Assembly (NCBI GenBank): GCA_963702435.1
Contig: CAVPCR010000001.1
Coordinates: 1,376,001-1,440,000, forward strand
Origin: Candidatus Eiseniibacteriota bacterium
Lineage (GTDB): Bacteria; Eisenbacteria; RBG-16-71-46; CAVPCR01
Direction of reading: 5' to 3'
Length of the DNA: 64,000 bases
Program-made: the position numbers and the translations under genes
In this document: positions 49,556 to 61,365 of the stretch, one piece after another
Layout of the letters: every line of letters starts with the position of its first letter
Numbering within the stretch: the stretch's first letter is position 1
Notes under the pieces: model-generated
What the model saw: the letters and a program-made list of their open reading frames with translations, nothing else
Told to the model about the DNA's origin: nothing
Databases searched by the model: none

Positions 49556-50194
49556 ATGCGACACCGCCAGAGCGCCTTGCCGCTCTTCTGCGCGGCCGGT
49601 TTTGCAGCGCTCGCGCTGAGCGCCGCCGGCTGCATCTTCGATCCGAAACCCGATCCCATAGAACCCCCGCTCCCGATCAAGATCTCGAGATCGCGGCCCG
49701 ACAGCCTGCTCATCGGTCTCCAGCGGATCTACAACGACAAGGAGCACACGGCGATCGAGCGGGTGAACGCCTATGACTCGCTCTTCCTGAAGCCCGACCC
49801 GAACACGGAACCGCCGCGGACCGGCTTCAAGTTCAACTTCCAGCCTGCGGATGTCCCGGAGACGGGTCCGAGCTGGGGGCTGGACGGGGAGCGCGAGGCC
49901 CATCGCGGCCTGTTCGCGGCTCAGGACAACGGCGAGATCTACCTTCTCGAGCTCAGGATCACCTACGGGGCGACCGAGCCCATCGACAACGAACCCGAGA
50001 AGGTGGACTGGCAACAGATCTTCGCCTCCAACGTCTACCTCCGGCTCATGTTCAATCCGAACGACGGCCTCGAGGTGAACGGCGGCCAGGCCGACTTCGA
50101 GTTCGCCCCGGAGCTCTCGAAACCGCCGGCCCCGCCCGGTGGTCTCTACGGCGGCTACTGGATCGGCGAGTGGACCGACCTGCCGCGACCGTAG
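49556..50194 (+). CDS. Uncharacterised lipoprotein, paralog 2
   Basis: LALSAAGCIFDP lipobox; shares FQPADVPETGPSWG, SNVYLRLMFNPNDGLEVNGGQA and DLPRP with paralog 1. Confidence 0.85.
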   Translation: MRHRQSALPLFCAAGFAALALSAAGCIFDPKPDPIEPPLPIKISRSRPDSLLIGLQRIYNDKEHTAIERVNAYDSLFLKPDPNTEPPRTGFKFNFQPADVPETGPSWGLDGEREAHRGLFAAQDNGEIYLLELRITYGATEPIDNEPEKVDWQQIFASNVYLRLMFNPNDGLEVNGGQADFEFAPELSKPPAPPGGLYGGYWIGEWTDLPRP

Positions 50195-50409
50195 GAAAAG
50201 CACCCGACTCGCAGAACGATCGTGCCCCGGGCCCGCGCCTCCCTCGAGGGGAGCGCGGGCCCTTCCATTTTGCTTCTCAGGCGATCCCGCGGGATCGCCG
50301 TGGCCTGCGCAGTTCAGATATGAAACGTCAACTTCAGATCTCCCAGCGTTGATCATGCCTATGCGTTTCGTTCTGGAACTTGTCGTGCTGCTCGCCTCGC
50401 TCATTCTCT

Positions 50410-50467
50410 GCAAGTCATTGTCTGACAACTCGTTTCAGGCTCCATCCGGATCGGCACGCCGCCTGCT
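50410..50467 (+). promoter_or_regulatory. Putative sigma54 promoter with upstream IHF-like site for hsp20
   Basis: CGGCACGCCGCCTGCT (50452-50467) fits GG-N10-GC; AT-rich GCAAGTCATTGTCTGACAACTCGTTT at 50410-50435. Confidence 0.6.
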
Positions 50468-50574
50468 TTGTCATCAGGGCAAGAAGGAAAAGGAGCCTGG
50501 GCCCGCGACCCCGGGAGTGGTCGCCCGACCGGGCCCAGCCAGTCCCTGACGACATTTAGAGAAGGAGACAAGCC

Positions 50575-51024
50575 ATGAAGACCATGACCCGCTGGAACCC
50601 GCTCACCGATTCGCTCGCTCTCCGGAGCCCCCTGGGCGACGTGAGCCGGCTCATGGACGAGATGTTCCGCTTCCCCCTCGCCGAGGTGACGCAGGCGACC
50701 TACCCGTTCGCCGACGTCGTCGAGAGCGGTGACGCGTACACGGTCAACGTCGAGATCCCGGGCCTCAAGAAGGAGGACATCCAGCTCTCGGTCGAGGACA
50801 GCACGCTCTCGCTCCGCTTCACGAAGAAGGCCGAGGCCAAGGAGGAAGGCAAGACCTACCGCCACGTCGAGCGCTTCTACGGCACCTTCGAGCGGCACTT
50901 CCCGTTCGCGACCGTGGTCGACTCGAGCCAGGTGAAGGCCGCCTACAAGGACGGCGTCCTCGAGATCGTGCTGCCGAAGGCGGAGAACGCGCGCGAGCGG
51001 CAGATCGACGTCGAGATCAAGTAA
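50575..51024 (+). CDS. Hsp20/alpha-crystallin small heat shock protein
   Basis: EIPGLKKEDI, ERFYGTFERHF, AAYKDGVLEIVLPK; RBS AAGGAG. Confidence 0.95.
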   Translation: MKTMTRWNPLTDSLALRSPLGDVSRLMDEMFRFPLAEVTQATYPFADVVESGDAYTVNVEIPGLKKEDIQLSVEDSTLSLRFTKKAEAKEEGKTYRHVERFYGTFERHFPFATVVDSSQVKAAYKDGVLEIVLPKAENARERQIDVEIK

Positions 51025-51201
51025 CCATCACGCATCCAACGAGGCGCTCCTCCGCGAGCGAGCGTCTCGAGGCATGTGTCTGCCGCGGGGAGCAGCGGAC
51101 ACCGATCGGCGGGCGGGACCAGGAGGTTCCGCCCGTCGTGTTCGTCCGGCGATGGGCGCGAGCGACCGGCAGCGCCCGATCGCGAGCCGCCCCTTCGCGG
51201 C

Positions 51202-51230
51202 TTGACCCCCCGGGAGGGCCTCGTTAGCCT
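51202..51230 (+). promoter_or_regulatory. metG sigma70 promoter (probably leaderless)
   Basis: TTGACC-N17-TAGCCT, 8 nt before ATG, no Shine-Dalgarno. Confidence 0.7.
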
Positions 51231-51238
51231 CGTCCATC

Positions 51239-52912
51239 ATGTCCACAAAGCCCTCGACCCCGCGCCCGATCCTCGTCTGCGTCGCCTGGCCCTACGCCAA
51301 CGCCGAGCTCCATCTCGGCCACCTCGCCGGCTGCTATCTCCCCGCCGACATCTTCGCCCGCTTCCAGCGCCTTCGCGGCAACGAGGTGCTCATGGTCTCG
51401 GGGAGCGACGAGCACGGCACGCCGATCACGGTCTCCGCCGAGAAGGAGGGGGTGAGCCCCGCCGAGATCGCCGAGCGCTACCACAAGATCAACGCGCAGG
51501 CGCTCCTCGACTTCGAGATCGAGTTCGACCTGTTCACGCGCACCTCCACCGAGAACCACCGGATCGTGGTCCAGGGCCTCTTCCGGAACCTCTACGAGCG
51601 CGGCTACATCGAGCCGCGCACGATGGACGTCCTCTACTGCCCGAAGTGCCAGCGCTTCCTCCCCGACCGCTTCGTCGAGGGGACCTGCCCGCACTGCAGC
51701 TACGAACGGGCGCGCGGCGACCAGTGCGAGAACTGCGGGAAGACCCTCGATCCGCAGGATCTCGTCGACCCGCGCTGTCGCGTCTCCGGAGACACGCCGG
51801 AGCCCCGGCAGAGCGAGCACCTCTTCTTCCGGCTCTCGGCGTTCGAGAAGCCGCTCCTCGAATGGCTCGCCGACAAGGACTACTGGCGCCCGAACGTGCT
51901 GACCTTCACGCGCAACTGGATCCAGGGCGGCTTGAAGGACCGCGCGATCACGCGCGATCTCTCCTGGGGCATCCCGGTCCCGGTCGCCGGCTTCGAGGAC
52001 AAGCGCATCTATGTCTGGTTCGAGGCGGTGATCGGCTACCTCTCGGCGGCGGTCGAGTGGGCCGAGACCAGGGGACCGCGCCCCGGCGCCTGGCGGCACT
52101 GGTGGGTGAACGAGGAGGCGCGCCACTACTACTTCCTCGGCAAGGACAACATCCCCTTCCACACCATCATCTGGCCGAGCATGCTCATGGGTGTGGGCGG
52201 CATGAATCTCGCCCACGACGTGCCGGCGAACGAGTTCCTGCAGATCGACGGCGCCAAGTTCTCGAAGTCGGCCGGCCTCGGCGTGTGGGTGCGCGAGGTC
52301 GTCGGCCGTTTCGAGGTGGACGCGCTGCGCTACTACCTCTCGGTCAACATGCCCGAGACGCGCGACGCGAGCTGGAGCTGGGAGGAGCTCGTGCAGCGGG
52401 TGAACGACGAGCTGGTCGGCGCCTTCGGCAACTTCTGCCACCGCACGCTCACCTTCACGCGCCGCAGTTTCGGCGCGATCCCGCCGCTCGGTCCGCTCGA
52501 CGAGGCCGATCGCGCCGCGCTCGCGCGCATCGCGGAGACCGGCGACGAGGTGGCGGCGGCGCTCGACCGCTGCGAGTTCCGCCGGGCGCTCCGCTCCTTC
52601 ATGAGCCTCGCGCAGGCCGGGAACCAGTACTTCGACGCGAAGGCGCCGTGGGCGCTCAAGAAGACCGACCCCGCCGCCTGCGGCACCGCGCTCCACGTCT
52701 GCCTGCGCATGATCCAGGCGCTCGCCGTCTACTCGGCGCCGTTCATGCCGCGCGCGGCGGAGAAGATCTGCGCGTACCTCGGCGCGGAAAGCGGGCCGCG
52801 GCACTGGGACGACGCGGGGGCCGAGCTCCCCGCCGGCCGCGAGCTTCCGGAACCGGCCATCCTCTTCTCGAAGCTCGACCCCGAGACGATCCTCGCCCAG
52901 GCGAAGAGCTGA
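51239..52912 (+). CDS. metG: Methionine--tRNA ligase (short form without C-terminal tRNA-binding domain)
   Basis: AWPYAN.ELHLGH, GSDEHG, four CxxC-type knuckle motifs, YVWFEA, GKDNIPFH, KFSKS. Confidence 0.97.
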   Translation: MSTKPSTPRPILVCVAWPYANAELHLGHLAGCYLPADIFARFQRLRGNEVLMVSGSDEHGTPITVSAEKEGVSPAEIAERYHKINAQALLDFEIEFDLFTRTSTENHRIVVQGLFRNLYERGYIEPRTMDVLYCPKCQRFLPDRFVEGTCPHCSYERARGDQCENCGKTLDPQDLVDPRCRVSGDTPEPRQSEHLFFRLSAFEKPLLEWLADKDYWRPNVLTFTRNWIQGGLKDRAITRDLSWGIPVPVAGFEDKRIYVWFEAVIGYLSAAVEWAETRGPRPGAWRHWWVNEEARHYYFLGKDNIPFHTIIWPSMLMGVGGMNLAHDVPANEFLQIDGAKFSKSAGLGVWVREVVGRFEVDALRYYLSVNMPETRDASWSWEELVQRVNDELVGAFGNFCHRTLTFTRRSFGAIPPLGPLDEADRAALARIAETGDEVAAALDRCEFRRALRSFMSLAQAGNQYFDAKAPWALKKTDPAACGTALHVCLRMIQALAVYSAPFMPRAAEKICAYLGAESGPRHWDDAGAELPAGRELPEPAILFSKLDPETILAQAKS

Positions 52913-52941
52913 GCGGGCGCGGGAAGGCCGGCGCGACCGCC

Positions 52942-53458
52942 ATGCACGTGCTCGGGGTCGATGCCGCCTGGACCGCGGGCGGATGTTCGGGGGTCGCGCT
53001 CGTCGAGCGCGGCGCCCGCGGGCGCCCGCGGCTCCTCCGCATCGCGCGGTCCTACGGCGAGTTCCTCTCCGCTCCGCCGCGCTGGCTCGAGAAGCCGCCG
53101 GCCGCGGCCGCGACGATCGCCGATGTCCTCGCCGCCGTCGGCGTGCCGCTCGCGCTCGTCGCGCTGGTCCCGCTCCAGGTCGCGACGCTCACCGGACGGC
53201 GGGAAGCGGAGCATGCGGTGGCGCGGGCCTACGCGCGCGCCTGGGCGGCGCCGGCTCCCCTACAAGGTGGCGCGGCGGCAGCGCTACTGGCCGGCGGCGA
53301 GCCCCGCCGCGCGCCTCAAGGGCATCGAGGACGCGCTCGACGCCGTCGTGTGCGCGTGGGTCGCATGCGAGCACCTGGCCGGGCGCACGCAGCCGTACGG
53401 TGACCGCGACGCCACGATCTGGCTGCCGCGACCGCGGCACGGAGGAGACAGGCCTTGA
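52942..53458 (+). pseudogene. Degraded DUF429 (RNase H-like) gene with frameshift and probable internal deletions
   Basis: MHVLGVDAAWT...SGVALV...TGRR in one frame; RLPYKV...YWP...EDALDAVVCAWV...PYGD...IWLP in another; junction near 53250. The family's central EVYPH segment is absent. Confidence 0.7.
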
Positions 53459-53910
53459 GCATCCATCTCGAACCGATCGGCCGCGTCCGCTCCCCGGCGA
53501 CCGACACGATGTGCGACGAGAACTGGGGCGCGGTGGTCGCCGAGATCGAGGTCGCCGCGCGGTTCGCGGCAGGCCTCCGCGGGCTCGACGGCTTCTCGCA
53601 CGCGCTCGTCGTCTTCTTCATGGACCACCAGTTCGTGGCCGCGCGCGATCTGGTCCGCCGCCCCCGGGGACGCGCCGACATGCCCGAGCTCGGCATCTTC
53701 GCGCAGCGCGGCAAGCAGCGCCCGAATCCGCTGGGCGTGACCGCGGTCGAGATCGTGGGGATCGCGGGGCGGGTCCTCACCGTGCGCGGGCTCGACGCCG
53801 TCGACGGGACGCCGGTCCTCGACGTGAAGCCCTACGTCCCCGCGTTCGATCGCCGGGAGGACGCGCGCGTCCCCGCGTGGGTGGAGCGACTGATGCGCGG
53901 CTACTTCTGA
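53455..53910 (+). CDS. trmO: TrmO/TsaA-like SAM-dependent tRNA methyltransferase
   Basis: PIGRVRS, GLDGFSH, GIFAQR..RPNPLG, GLDAVDGTPVLDVKPY. Confidence 0.88.
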   Translation: MSIHLEPIGRVRSPATDTMCDENWGAVVAEIEVAARFAAGLRGLDGFSHALVVFFMDHQFVAARDLVRRPRGRADMPELGIFAQRGKQRPNPLGVTAVEIVGIAGRVLTVRGLDAVDGTPVLDVKPYVPAFDRREDARVPAWVERLMRGYF

Positions 53911-53946
53911 GGCCGCGCAAGCCACGCAAGCCGCGCGCGCCGGGCC

Positions 53947-54582
53947 TCAGCGATCGTCGAGGAAACGCAGCGCGAAGGAGAGCGCCTCGAGCTCGATCGC
54001 CATGTCCACGGTGCGGAGGGCGACCGTCTTCGGCACCGCGATCTGCCGGGGCGCGAAGTTCAGGATGGCGCGCACGCCGGCGGCCACCACCAGGTCGCTC
54101 ACCTCCTGCGCCACCGCGGCCGGCACGGCGAGCACGGCGATGTCGAGCGGCGGCACCCGTCCCACGCCGGCGCGGAGGTCATCGATCGCCGCGATGCGCA
54201 CACCGTCCCACACCCGGCCGATCTTCGCCGCATCGACGTCGTAGATGGCGACGACGTCGAAGCCCTGCTCGCGAAAGGGCGCGTAGGAGAAGAGGGCCGA
54301 GCCGACGTTGCCGGCGCCGATCAAGCCCACCCGCCAGCGGCGGTCGAGGCCGAGGATCGAGCGGAGCTCGCGGGTCAGCGACTCGAGGTCGTAACCCCGC
54401 CCGCGGGTGCCGAAATGGCCGAAGCAGGAGAGATCCTTGCGGAGCTGGGCCGAGGTCACGCCCGAGCGCTCGGCGAGGAGCTGCGAGGAGGCGACCGCAA
54501 TGCCCTCGCCCCGGAGCTCGCGGAGGACGCGGTAGTAGGCCGACAGGCGGCGCACTATCGAGATGGAGATGTCCGGGCGCAT
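53947..54582 (-). CDS. rex: Redox-sensing transcriptional repressor Rex
   Basis: RRLSAYYR, QLRKDLSCFG.FGTRGRGY, IGAGNVGSAL, ILNFAP. Confidence 0.95.
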   Translation of the reverse strand: MRPDISISIVRRLSAYYRVLRELRGEGIAVASSQLLAERSGVTSAQLRKDLSCFGHFGTRGRGYDLESLTRELRSILGLDRRWRVGLIGAGNVGSALFSYAPFREQGFDVVAIYDVDAAKIGRVWDGVRIAAIDDLRAGVGRVPPLDIAVLAVPAAVAQEVSDLVVAAGVRAILNFAPRQIAVPKTVALRTVDMAIELEALSFALRFLDDR

Positions 54583-54620
54583 GCTCCGTGGCGTCGTTCC
54601 GGGCGATCCGCACGAGATCG

Positions 54621-57356
<2,736 letters not shown>

Positions 57357-57571
57357 TCGCCTGACTCCTTGGGGTCGCGCCAGAGGAACCGGGGCCGCGC
57401 GAGGGGGTCGAATCAAGGGATTCTAGGAAACCCCGCCGGAAGCCGCAAGTCTCTAGTTTGATAAAGAATTAGGCCCGCTGGGCGGGCCCGCGGGAGGGGG
57501 TCGGAAGAGGCCGCGACCAGGCCCCGCGGCGGCCTCCTCCGGGCGCCTTGGCGGGACGCTCCGGCGGGACG

Positions 57572-58423
57572 CTAGAACCGGGTGACGAGGTAGACCTGCG
57601 GCCCCACGTAGTCGTAGTCGATCCTTCCCCGCCACTTGTCCCCGTCGACGTCGAACTCGAGGTCGAACCAGTTCACGGCCCCGCCCACCCCCAGCCGGTT
57701 GTAGAACCAGTAGTGGGTTCTCCCGGCCAGGCTCACGAGGCTCCCGGAGTAGTTGAGCACGTCGGCGTCGATGTTCAGCACCAGCGCCTCGGCATGCACA
57801 TCCACTTCCCAGCGCGGGCCGGGCCGGTAGGCGAACAAGAGGCCGAGGAGCGGGAGCGGAGCCTGGACCCTGGCCGCGGCCGAAGCGTCCCCATCCTGGC
57901 CCCCCAGCGAGGCCGACCCCTCGGCGGATAGATCGTTCACCCACCAGTGCACGCCGAGCGTTCCGGCCAGCTCGTACTTCTCGCGCTGCAGGAAGGAATA
58001 GCTGTAGGTGATGGGCACGGTCTGGGCCGCGAACCGGGTGTCGAGCGTGGCCCCCGCCGGGTAGACCTCGTCGCCGATCGTGATCTCGCGCTCGACGGTG
58101 CCGGCCACCTCCCGCACGAATCGGAAGTAGTTGACCGCGAGCCGATGCCGGCGCGCGAAGCGCCAGCTGCCGCCGAACCATCCGGTGGCCACATCCTCGG
58201 TGAAGCCGAGGTCCTGCTCGAGGTTGACGGATTCCCCCTCGCCGCGATCCTCGTTGTCCACGCCGAGGCTGGTGCTGAAAAACGGCAGGAAGAACCCGCC
58301 CGACAGCATGAAACGCTCTTCTCCCTGCTTCGTCCATTCCTCGGCGCGGCCGGCCGCGGGCAGCAGCGCGGCCGATAGGACCAGCACGAGAGCGATGACG
58401 GAACTCCGGTGAATCGAGTTCAT
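57572..58423 (-). CDS. Outer-membrane beta-barrel protein
   Basis: Signal peptide (GRA-E), LEQDLG, APLPLLG, YVGPQVYLVTRF with terminal Phe. Confidence 0.8.
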   Translation of the reverse strand: MNSIHRSSVIALVLVLSAALLPAAGRAEEWTKQGEERFMLSGGFFLPFFSTSLGVDNEDRGEGESVNLEQDLGFTEDVATGWFGGSWRFARRHRLAVNYFRFVREVAGTVEREITIGDEVYPAGATLDTRFAAQTVPITYSYSFLQREKYELAGTLGVHWWVNDLSAEGSASLGGQDGDASAAARVQAPLPLLGLLFAYRPGPRWEVDVHAEALVLNIDADVLNYSGSLVSLAGRTHYWFYNRLGVGGAVNWFDLEFDVDGDKWRGRIDYDYVGPQVYLVTRF

Positions 58424-58431
58424 TGTGCCTC

Positions 58432-59868
58432 TCAGACTGCCGCCGCCATCGCGCTCCGCGGCGAGCGGGAGCGCAGCTCGGCGATCACCTTGGCCAGAAG
58501 ACCCGGCGGGAACACGTCGCCCTGCTCGAGCTCGGCGCGGTGCTCGCTCAGCGCATCGGCCACCTCGGCGAGCCGGCGCGGGATGGGCCGACCGCCGGTC
58601 GGGAGGGGCTTCGCGGCCTCGGCATGAGTCCGGGCGAGGAGCGCCGCTAGATCCGGTATCTCGCGTCCCGCCAGGAGCGCTTGCGCCACCCCAGCGAGGA
58701 GGAGATGCGGATGCGCGGAGCCGTCGGGGAGACGGAACTCGATCGTTGGCGGAGTGACGGCGCGACCGTCTGCCGTGCGCGCGACCGCCGGCAGGCGGAC
58801 GAGGGCGTGTCGATTGTAACGGCCCCAGGCGACCGTGGCCGGCGTCTCCTTGCCCTGGGCGAGCCTGAGGAAGGAGCCCGCGCTCCGGTTGCCGAAGGCC
58901 ATGAGCGCACCGCCCATGTGCACGAGCCCGCCGATCAGCCAGCGCGCCTCGTCGCGAAGCGCATCGTCGGACACCGCGCCTGCCAGGTTCTCGGCGTCGC
59001 GATACGGCGCCAGGTGGAAATGAAGGCCGCTTCCGGCATGCCCCTCGAGGACCACCGGCTCGAAGCTCAGGCGCATGCCGGCGGCGTGCGCGAGCTGGCG
59101 GAGCACCCACTGCGTGAGCACCACCGCCGACGCCGCGTCCGCGAGCGGCGCCAGCGCGAGCTCGATCTCGTGCTGCTCCCAGATGAGCCCGTTCATCTCG
59201 CGGGCCTCGATGTAACCGACCTCGCTGTGCCCGTACTTGACGGGCACCCCGATGTCGCCGAGAAGGGCCATGGCCCGGCGGCGGAGCGCCTCGCCGAAGA
59301 CGAACGGTGCCGTCGCGTGATAGCCACGATCGTGCGCGCCGTAGACATCGCCCTCCTCGGCGCGCTTGCCGAGGAAGTACTCGACCTCGCCGAGCGCCCA
59401 CAGCGTGACGCCCGTCGTCGCCTCCACGCGCGCGGCCGCCCGCCGGAGGATGGTGTCCGGCGATTCGGGGAGCGGACGGCCGTCGCGGCCGAAGTGCTCG
59501 CAGAGGAAGGCGAGGGCGGGATGCGGGGCGAAGGGATCGAGGAAAGCGCTCGCGAGCCGCGGGCGGAGGATCACGTCCGAGGCCTCGGGTCGGATCCCGG
59601 TCTCGGCAAAGAGGCTCGAACCGTCGGCGCGCTCGCCGCCGGCGAGGATGTCGTGCACGTGGTTGGTGGAGAGCGGCACGAAGTCGAGCGTCTTCAGCCA
59701 GCCGTCGCCGCCCACGTGCATGAGGGCGATGGTGCGAATGCCGCGCTCGCGGACGAGCGCGATGAGATCGTCGGCGGTCCAGGCAGCGGGCGGCTTCCCG
59801 AGCAGTCGTTCGAGGAGGCCGGCCGGAAGCCCGGGGGCGGGAGACATGTTGTCGGTGGTCTTGTTCAT
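58432..59868 (-). CDS. Glutamine synthetase family protein
   Basis: DGSSLF, GEVEYF, HSEVG, EQHEIE, GSGLHFH, WGRYNRHALVRLP, IEFRLPD. Confidence 0.88.
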   Translation of the reverse strand: MNKTTDNMSPAPGLPAGLLERLLGKPPAAWTADDLIALVRERGIRTIALMHVGGDGWLKTLDFVPLSTNHVHDILAGGERADGSSLFAETGIRPEASDVILRPRLASAFLDPFAPHPALAFLCEHFGRDGRPLPESPDTILRRAAARVEATTGVTLWALGEVEYFLGKRAEEGDVYGAHDRGYHATAPFVFGEALRRRAMALLGDIGVPVKYGHSEVGYIEAREMNGLIWEQHEIELALAPLADAASAVVLTQWVLRQLAHAAGMRLSFEPVVLEGHAGSGLHFHLAPYRDAENLAGAVSDDALRDEARWLIGGLVHMGGALMAFGNRSAGSFLRLAQGKETPATVAWGRYNRHALVRLPAVARTADGRAVTPPTIEFRLPDGSAHPHLLLAGVAQALLAGREIPDLAALLARTHAEAAKPLPTGGRPIPRRLAEVADALSEHRAELEQGDVFPPGLLAKVIAELRSRSPRSAMAAAV

Positions 59869-59923
59869 TCCCCATATCCCTTCGATCGCGACGGCACGCG
59901 CCGCCCGATCGGGACCATCATAG

Positions 59924-61285
59924 TCAATCCACCGCCGGCAGGCTCGATGCTTCGGGCGGCGGCTTGCCCTCGTTCTCCTCCTCGTCCGCGCGTGCCGCCG
60001 GCGCGAGAAGGCGGGCGCGCACCACGGCATTGCGCCCGAGCCGTGCGCGGATCCGATCGGTGGCCGCCGCCAGGCGGTGCAGGCGCTCCTCCTGCGCCGC
60101 GGCCGCCATCGACTCCGGGCTTGGAAAGAGGTCGATCTGCCCCCCGGGGGCGTCCGGGCCGGGGCCGGGGCCGGGGCCGGGGCCGGCGCCGGGGCCGGCG
60201 CCCGGGCCGGGGCCGGCATCCGCAACCGCGCCCGGGGCGGGCTCGAAGCCGCTCACGCCGACCCCGAGGAGGCGCACGCCGCGCCCGCCGAGACGGACCC
60301 GATCGCGATAGAGCATGCGCGCCACCGCGACGATCACCTCCGCCAGATCGGTCGCCGCCGTGAGCGTGTGTGCGCGGGTCCAGGTCGTGAAGTCCCCGGT
60401 CCGCACCTTCAAGTGCACGGTGCGCCCGCGGAGGCCATGCGCGCGGAGCGCGCGCGCCACGCCCTCGGCGCGCGCCAGCAGCGCCTGGTCGATCGCCTCG
60501 GGCGCGGTGAGATCGTCGAGATAGGTGCGCTCCTCGGACATCGACTTCGGCTCGCGCTCGGTCACGACCGGGCGGTCGTCCTCGCCGCGCGCCAGCGCCG
60601 CGATATGCACCGCCGCCGACTCGCCGACGAGCGGCGTGAGCCGGGCCACACCGGCGGTGACGATGTCACGCACGAGCAGGATGCCGCCGGCCTCGAGCCG
60701 CTCGGCGGTCCGCGGCCCCACACCCCACAGCTTCCCGACCGGGAGCGGCCACAGCCGCTCGGGCACGAGAGCCAGCGGCAGGATGACGAGCCCATCGGGC
60801 TTCTCGAGATCCGAGGCGAACTTGGCGAGAAACTTGTTGGGCGCCACGCCGACCGAGGCGCTGAGGCGCTCCGCGGTGCGGATCCGCTCCTTGATCGCGC
60901 GCGCGATCGTGGCGCCGGCAACGAGATCGGCGGCGATCCCGGTCATGTCGAGGAACGCCTCGTCGATCGAGAGCGGCTCGATCGCCGGTGTGAACTCCTC
61001 GAAGAGCGCGAAGATCGCGCGCGACACCGCGGCGTAGAGATCCATGCGGCCGGGAAGCCAGATCGCCTCCGGGCAGAGCCGCTCGGCGGTGACGGACGGC
61101 ATGGCCGAGCGCACGCCGAAGCGCCGCGCCTCGTAGGAGCAGGTCGAGACGACGCCGCGCCGCCCGCGGTGGCCGATGATGAGCGGCTTCCCGGCCAGCG
61201 CCGGGTCCTCGCGCACCTCGACCGCCGCGTAGAACGCATCCATGTCGAGATGCAGGATGACGCGCTCGCGCGCGGGACCGGGCAT
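59924..61285 (-). CDS. dinB: DNA polymerase IV
   Basis: ILHLDMDAFYAAVE, SYEARRFGVRSAM, LSIDEAFLD, KPDG, LWGVG, VRLLGV. Confidence 0.96.
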   Translation of the reverse strand: MPGPARERVILHLDMDAFYAAVEVREDPALAGKPLIIGHRGRRGVVSTCSYEARRFGVRSAMPSVTAERLCPEAIWLPGRMDLYAAVSRAIFALFEEFTPAIEPLSIDEAFLDMTGIAADLVAGATIARAIKERIRTAERLSASVGVAPNKFLAKFASDLEKPDGLVILPLALVPERLWPLPVGKLWGVGPRTAERLEAGGILLVRDIVTAGVARLTPLVGESAAVHIAALARGEDDRPVVTEREPKSMSEERTYLDDLTAPEAIDQALLARAEGVARALRAHGLRGRTVHLKVRTGDFTTWTRAHTLTAATDLAEVIVAVARMLYRDRVRLGGRGVRLLGVGVSGFEPAPGAVADAGPGPGAGPGAGPGPGPGPGPDAPGGQIDLFPSPESMAAAAQEERLHRLAAATDRIRARLGRNAVVRARLLAPAARADEEENEGKPPPEASSLPAVD

Positions 61286-61365
61286 GGATCGTCTCCCTCG
61301 GACCGGATTGCGGCGACCACCCATGATACGATGTTTGCGTCAGAGCCAAAGGGGAGGAAGAGGCC

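Noticed and set aside
48733..50194. Diversity-generating retroelement template/variable repeat pair
   Set aside because: Both copies are full genes, differences are not confined to adenines and include indels, and no reverse transcriptase is present.
50263..50574. CIRCE element upstream of hsp20
   Set aside because: No TTAGCACTC-N9-GAGTGCTAA; a sigma54-like element fits better.
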